49,282 bases of DNA, from NCBI GenBank assembly GCA_013152225.1, contig JAADGR010000329.1:1-49282 (forward strand), given 5' to 3'. The translations under genes were made by a program, and so were the position numbers. This document shows, piece after piece, positions 45,602-49,282 of this stretch. The notes under the pieces are model-generated. The model saw only the letters and a list, made by a program, of their open reading frames with translations, searched no databases and was not told where the DNA came from. Source of the stretch: Calditrichota bacterium. GTDB taxonomy: Bacteria; Zhuqueibacterota; Zhuqueibacteria; Residuimicrobiales; Krinioviventaceae. How positions within the stretch are numbered: position 1 is the stretch's first letter; each line of letters opens with the position of its first letter.

Positions 45602-46531
45602 TTAAAGTTTTCGGGCAATTCTCATTTTCGCTGAACGTGAATTAGGATTTCGTGCTGCTTCTTCCGAGGATGGCCTGATCATTTTGCCGATAATTTGCAA
45701 ACGCGGCTTTTTGCCGCAAACGCAAACCGGCAAATCCGGTGGGCACGTGCAAGGATGCTGCTCTTTATGCATAAAACTTTTCACTTTGCGATCTTCCAGG
45801 CTGTGATATGATAAAACGATGAGATATCCGTCCTTTCTCAAAAGCTGCAACGCCTGTGGCAGAAAAAGATCTAAACTATCCAATTCCTTATTTACAAAAA
45901 TCCTTATAGCCTGAAAAACCCTGGCTAACGATTTCACGGCAAACCGTGAGCTAACGACCGAGCGAACAATATCTGCCAATTCTTTTGTTGTCTCGATCTT
46001 ATTATTGTTCCGCCGCGCAACAATAGCGCGGGCTATTCTTTTCGCTCCCCGCTCTTCTCCGTACATCTTGATAATACGAGCCAACTCTTTTTCGCTGAAC
46101 GTATTGACCACATCTTCTGCACTAAACTCGGCATCCTGTCCCATCTGCATCGACAAAGGGCCGGATTTTGAAAACATAAATCCTCTGCCCGGATCGCTAA
46201 TCTGCAAATACGAAACGCCCAGATCGGCAACAATTCCATCAGCAGCTTCGACGCCGGCCTTTGACGCGATGTGCTCAAGATCGGCAAAATTTCCTTCAAT
46301 GGCTGAGAACCGATCACTGAAAACGGCCAGCCGCTTGCGCGCGCGCGCCAAAGCCTGTGGATCGCGATCGATGCCATAGAGCTTTCCAGAAGAAGGCATT
46401 GCTCTGAGGATTGCCTCCGCATATCCCCCGTCACCAAGAGTTGCATCAAATACAACTTTTGCGTGCGCTGCTTCCAAAGAACGAACAACGTGATCTACAA
46501 GAACAGGTTTGTGATAAACATTCATTAGCAA
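45602..46531 (-). CDS. rsmH: 16S rRNA (cytosine1402-N4)-methyltransferase
   Basis: 309 aa with YHKPVLVDHVV, DATLGDGGYAE, DLGVSYLQI and LSYHSLEDR. Confidence 0.93.
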   Translation of the reverse strand: MLMNVYHKPVLVDHVVRSLEAAHAKVVFDATLGDGGYAEAILRAMPSSGKLYGIDRDPQALARARKRLAVFSDRFSAIEGNFADLEHIASKAGVEAADGIVADLGVSYLQISDPGRGFMFSKSGPLSMQMGQDAEFSAEDVVNTFSEKELARIIKMYGEERGAKRIARAIVARRNNNKIETTKELADIVRSVVSSRFAVKSLARVFQAIRIFVNKELDSLDLFLPQALQLLRKDGYLIVLSYHSLEDRKVKSFMHKEQHPCTCPPDLPVCVCGKKPRLQIIGKMIRPSSEEAARNPNSRSAKMRIARKL

Positions 46532-46553
46532 AAAGCCTGAAATTCAAGAATCA

Positions 46554-47018
46554 TCAGTTAGAAGCTGATTCCTTTTTACTCCCCCCTAACAGTCTCTTTA
46601 TTGCCTCATCGGCAGCGGGTTGTTTGCTTTTGTAAATTTCGACATTCCAAATTTCAAGATTGTCATAACAGCCAACAACAATGACTTCATTTACATCCAC
46701 CAAACCGGCATATTCTATTAAATCGCTGGGAATCGTTACCCGCCCTTGCTTATCAAAGACAGATTTCGAAGCACGACCGATAAATTCACGAACCAGCACA
46801 TCTTTATCAATCGGGCTGTCATTATCCATATTCACGATCCGATCAACAAATGCCTGCCATTCATTTGCATAATAGGCCTTTAAACATTTATCAGTCCCCC
46901 GCGTGATATAGACAACGTCCCTTTGATCTTCCGGAAAAGCATTCCGGTGCTTCACAGGGATGGCTAACCTTCCCTTGGGATCAAGAGATTTAGTAAAATT
47001 TCCGTATAATTCAGCCAT
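46554..47018 (-). CDS. mraZ: transcriptional regulator MraZ
   Basis: 154 aa with the duplicated SpoVT/AbrB-like motif: LDPKGRLAIPVKHR and FDKQGRVTIPSDL. Confidence 0.92.
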   Translation of the reverse strand: MAELYGNFTKSLDPKGRLAIPVKHRNAFPEDQRDVVYITRGTDKCLKAYYANEWQAFVDRIVNMDNDSPIDKDVLVREFIGRASKSVFDKQGRVTIPSDLIEYAGLVDVNEVIVVGCYDNLEIWNVEIYKSKQPAADEAIKRLLGGSKKESASN

Positions 47019-47280
47019 TTAGGTTCATATCACCTTTTACAACCACTAACATTTGATAAATTGGTTTTATTCCCCGCATATCACCTCGAATGTATTAAAT
47101 CTACTAAGAAAAGTCAAGGAAAATAAAATAAATTTGTCGTTCCGCAAAACAGAGTTTGGAAGGTAATATTATTTAATATTCAGATGGCTTAATAATTGCA
47201 CACATCACAAGTCACTTTAACAAAGAAACACCTTATAATCCAAAAGAACATCTCACACAAAACAAAAGGATTTATTAGTT

Positions 47281-49282
47281 ATGCGCAAAACATCACTTAT
47301 TCCACTCCTTATCCTTTTTCTTTCAGCACCATCTTTTGCCCAATACAGCGGTGAATACAATTTAAACCAGGCCAATGTCTCATTTATAGGAGAAAACGAA
47401 GGGGACATGGCAGGTTATCACATTTCATTCGCCGGGGATGTCAATGACGACGGCTATGATGATATTCTTATCGCAGCACCCGACTTTGATGTCAACCCTG
47501 ATGAGGGCATCGACGATAATGGCAAAGTTTACCTTATCTTTGGCAAACCCAATGGTTGGAGTAACCCAATCGACCTGTCAAATGCAGATGCTTCCTTCCT
47601 GGGTGAAGAAAGACACAACCAGGCAAGCCATGATGTTTTCGGCATCGGTGATGTAAACAATGACGGTATCGATGATTTTGCCATTGGCGTCAAATTCATC
47701 AACCAGGCCGGTACGCGGGCGGGCAAAGTGTACATCTTTTTTGGCAAAAAAACCGGCTGGGCACCTGACACGAACCTTAACCAGGCGGATGCTTCCTACC
47801 TTGGAGAAGGCAACACTGCTGAAGCAGCGCATGTCAACCGACTTGGCGATGTGAATGGCGATGGATATGACGACATTATTATTGGCTCCGGATTTAACGA
47901 TGAGAACGGCGCGGATGCCGGAAAAACATACATTTTGTTTGGAAAACCGACGGATCAATGGGGTAAAAATATCAGCCTGGCAAATGCCGATGCTTCATTC
48001 ATCGGGGAAATGGCAGGCGACTGGGCAGGCCACCGCGTTGCCGGTGTCGGTGACGTTAATGGCGATAGTCTCGATGACTTTCTCATCTGCGCCAATGGAC
48101 GCGATATTGACGGAACTATTAACCGCGGCATCACCTACCTCATTTACGGTAAAACAACAGGCTGGGCACGGGATGTCAATCTCTCGGGAGCAGACGCCTC
48201 CTTTCTAGGCCCGAACATTAAAAATTTAAATTCCGGATGGAATATTTGCGGCCCCGGCGATGTCAATGGTGACGGCTTTGCGGACATGCTGATCGGCGGC
48301 CGAGGCAAATCCAGGGCCTATCTTGTTCTGGGGCAAGAAACAAAATTCACTCAAAATGAACCTCTGGAAACCGCTGCTGCCACAACGTTTGTCGGAGAAG
48401 CAAATAACGACGTTTTCAGCAACGATATGCGTACACTGGGTGACTTGAATTCTGATGGTTACGATGATTTTATTATCGGCGCGGCCGGAAACGATGCGAA
48501 CGGTACCGATGCAGGCAGATCTTATCTTTTTTACGGCAGAACAACGTGGCCGACAGAGATTCAATCCACAAATGCCGATGCAATTTTCACCGGTGAAAAT
48601 GAAGGCGATAATTCCGGCTGGTCGGTTGCCGGCGGTGGCGACATTAACAACGACGGCGCGGACGACGTTCTCATCGCCGCAAACATGAACGATGACGGTG
48701 GAGTAGATGCAGGTAAAGTCTATTTATTTCTGACGCAGCCAACAACATTCAAAGTGCTGTCTCCGAACGGAGGCGAAGTATGGCACAGCGGAACGACGCA
48801 AAAGATAACCTGGGTAAAGATGAGTGACGCTGATCAGGTTAAAATAGAATATTCGATCGACAACGGAAGCACCTGGACCGTGATTGCGGAGAATGCCGAT
48901 GATACGGGTTTCTATGACTGGCTCGTTCCCAACACGCCTTCAACGCAATGCCTGGTTCGTATTCAAAACGCTCTCACCGGCGATCCGGTGGACACGAGCG
49001 ACGATGTGTTCGAGATTTCTAACGAGGCGACACTCACCGTTACTGCTCCAAATGGTGGTGAAAACTGGACCATGGGCACAGAACAAGTGATAACATGGAA
49101 TTCCATTGACGCCGGAGACAGTGTAACTATAGAATTAAGTCGGGATAATGGAACAACATGGGAAACCCTTGCCGACAGCATTCCCAATTCAGAAAACTGG
49201 ACATGGACGGTAACCGGCCCGGCATCTGCAACATCGCTCGTCCGAATTACCGATATTGACGGCAGCCCAACCGACGTGAGCG
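47281..49282 (+). CDS. secreted FG-GAP (integrin-alpha-like, 7-repeat) protein followed by Ig-like modules; 3-prime end lies outside the window
   Basis: It is not on the ORF track because no stop is reached. I translated frame 1 by hand from ATG 47281 to 49282 and found no stop. The signal peptide is LIPLLILFLSAPSFAQ. There are seven G-D-[VIL]-N-x-D-G-x-D-D units, each followed by (K/R)xY(L/I)xFG, then at least two modules of the form SPNGGE-W-x-G-x(5)-ITW. Confidence 0.85.
   Translation, partial: MRKTSLIPLLILFLSAPSFAQYSGEYNLNQANVSFIGENEGDMAGYHISFAGDVNDDGYDDILIAAPDFDVNPDEGIDDNGKVYLIFGKPNGWSNPIDLSNADASFLGEERHNQASHDVFGIGDVNNDGIDDFAIGVKFINQAGTRAGKVYIFFGKKTGWAPDTNLNQADASYLGEGNTAEAAHVNRLGDVNGDGYDDIIIGSGFNDENGADAGKTYILFGKPTDQWGKNISLANADASFIGEMAGDWAGHRVAGVGDVNGDSLDDFLICANGRDIDGTINRGITYLIYGKTTGWARDVNLSGADASFLGPNIKNLNSGWNICGPGDVNGDGFADMLIGGRGKSRAYLVLGQETKFTQNEPLETAAATTFVGEANNDVFSNDMRTLGDLNSDGYDDFIIGAAGNDANGTDAGRSYLFYGRTTWPTEIQSTNADAIFTGENEGDNSGWSVAGGGDINNDGADDVLIAANMNDDGGVDAGKVYLFLTQPTTFKVLSPNGGEVWHSGTTQKITWVKMSDADQVKIEYSIDNGSTWTVIAENADDTGFYDWLVPNTPSTQCLVRIQNALTGDPVDTSDDVFEISNEATLTVTAPNGGENWTMGTEQVITWNSIDAGDSVTIELSRDNGTTWETLADSIPNSENWTWTVTGPASATSLVRITDIDGSPTDVS

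Noticed and set aside
47026-47086. Duplicated 10-mer CATATCACCT (47026-47035 and 47077-47086) upstream of mraZ, considered as MraZ boxes or a leader-peptide signal
   Set aside because: The proximal copy is simply the mraZ Shine-Dalgarno region (AGGTGA on the minus strand). There are only two copies, not the three regularly spaced GTG-containing boxes known for MraZ operators. The 22-codon upstream ORF that starts in the distal copy has an SD-to-ATG spacing of 1 nt.

Overview
This 49.3-kb chromosomal window looks like it comes from an uncultured diderm bacterium. Supporting signs are the LPS-heptose gene hldE, a large FG-GAP/Ig-like exoprotein, sigma70-type TTGACA-17-TATAAT-like promoters and moderate-to-low G+C. 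Most of it is housekeeping. Left to right: alr (partial)-pfkA; hldE (-); a sugar-nucleotide module (SDR 4-epimerase plus a GlmU-like nucleotidyltransferase fused to a GHMP sugar kinase, whose reading frame is broken at a T7 run); the conserved tilS-hpt-ftsH-(TPR)-folP-cdaA string; an exported protein coupled to cdaA; a GAF-class III adenylate cyclase plus a D-lyxose-isomerase-like cupin; an acyl-CoA ligase (-); dnaG; a non-housekeeping island at 22.5-30.3 kb; a TIM-barrel sugar isomerase; tal (-); a permease (-); rpmB; a compact dcw cluster on the minus strand (mraZ-rsmH-ftsL-ftsI-murF-mraY-ftsW-murG-ftsQ-ftsA-ftsZ, with no murE/D/C/B/ddl); and a divergent FG-GAP exoprotein that runs off the window. 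The best candidate for something undescribed is the island after dnaG. It contains a secreted protein with 5.3 near-identical 69-nt repeats, two very AT-rich membrane proteins, a receiver-less sigma54-activator-like regulator with no GAFTGA-like sequence and every ATPase motif changed, and a Lon-like protease. That protease also has degenerate Walker motifs, a roughly 250-aa insertion and an intact Ser-Lys dyad, and its stop overlaps the start of an exported DUF3857/transglutaminase-like protein. Other notable points are a -1 frame break exactly on a U_UUU_UUU heptamer, a hidden 35-codon membrane ORF coupled to the permease by an ATGA overlap, a REP-like palindromic repeat present twice, and a promoter-overlapping 9-3-9 palindrome. 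No rRNA, tRNA, CRISPR array or transposase was seen. All family assignments come from motif reading by eye; no database search was run.
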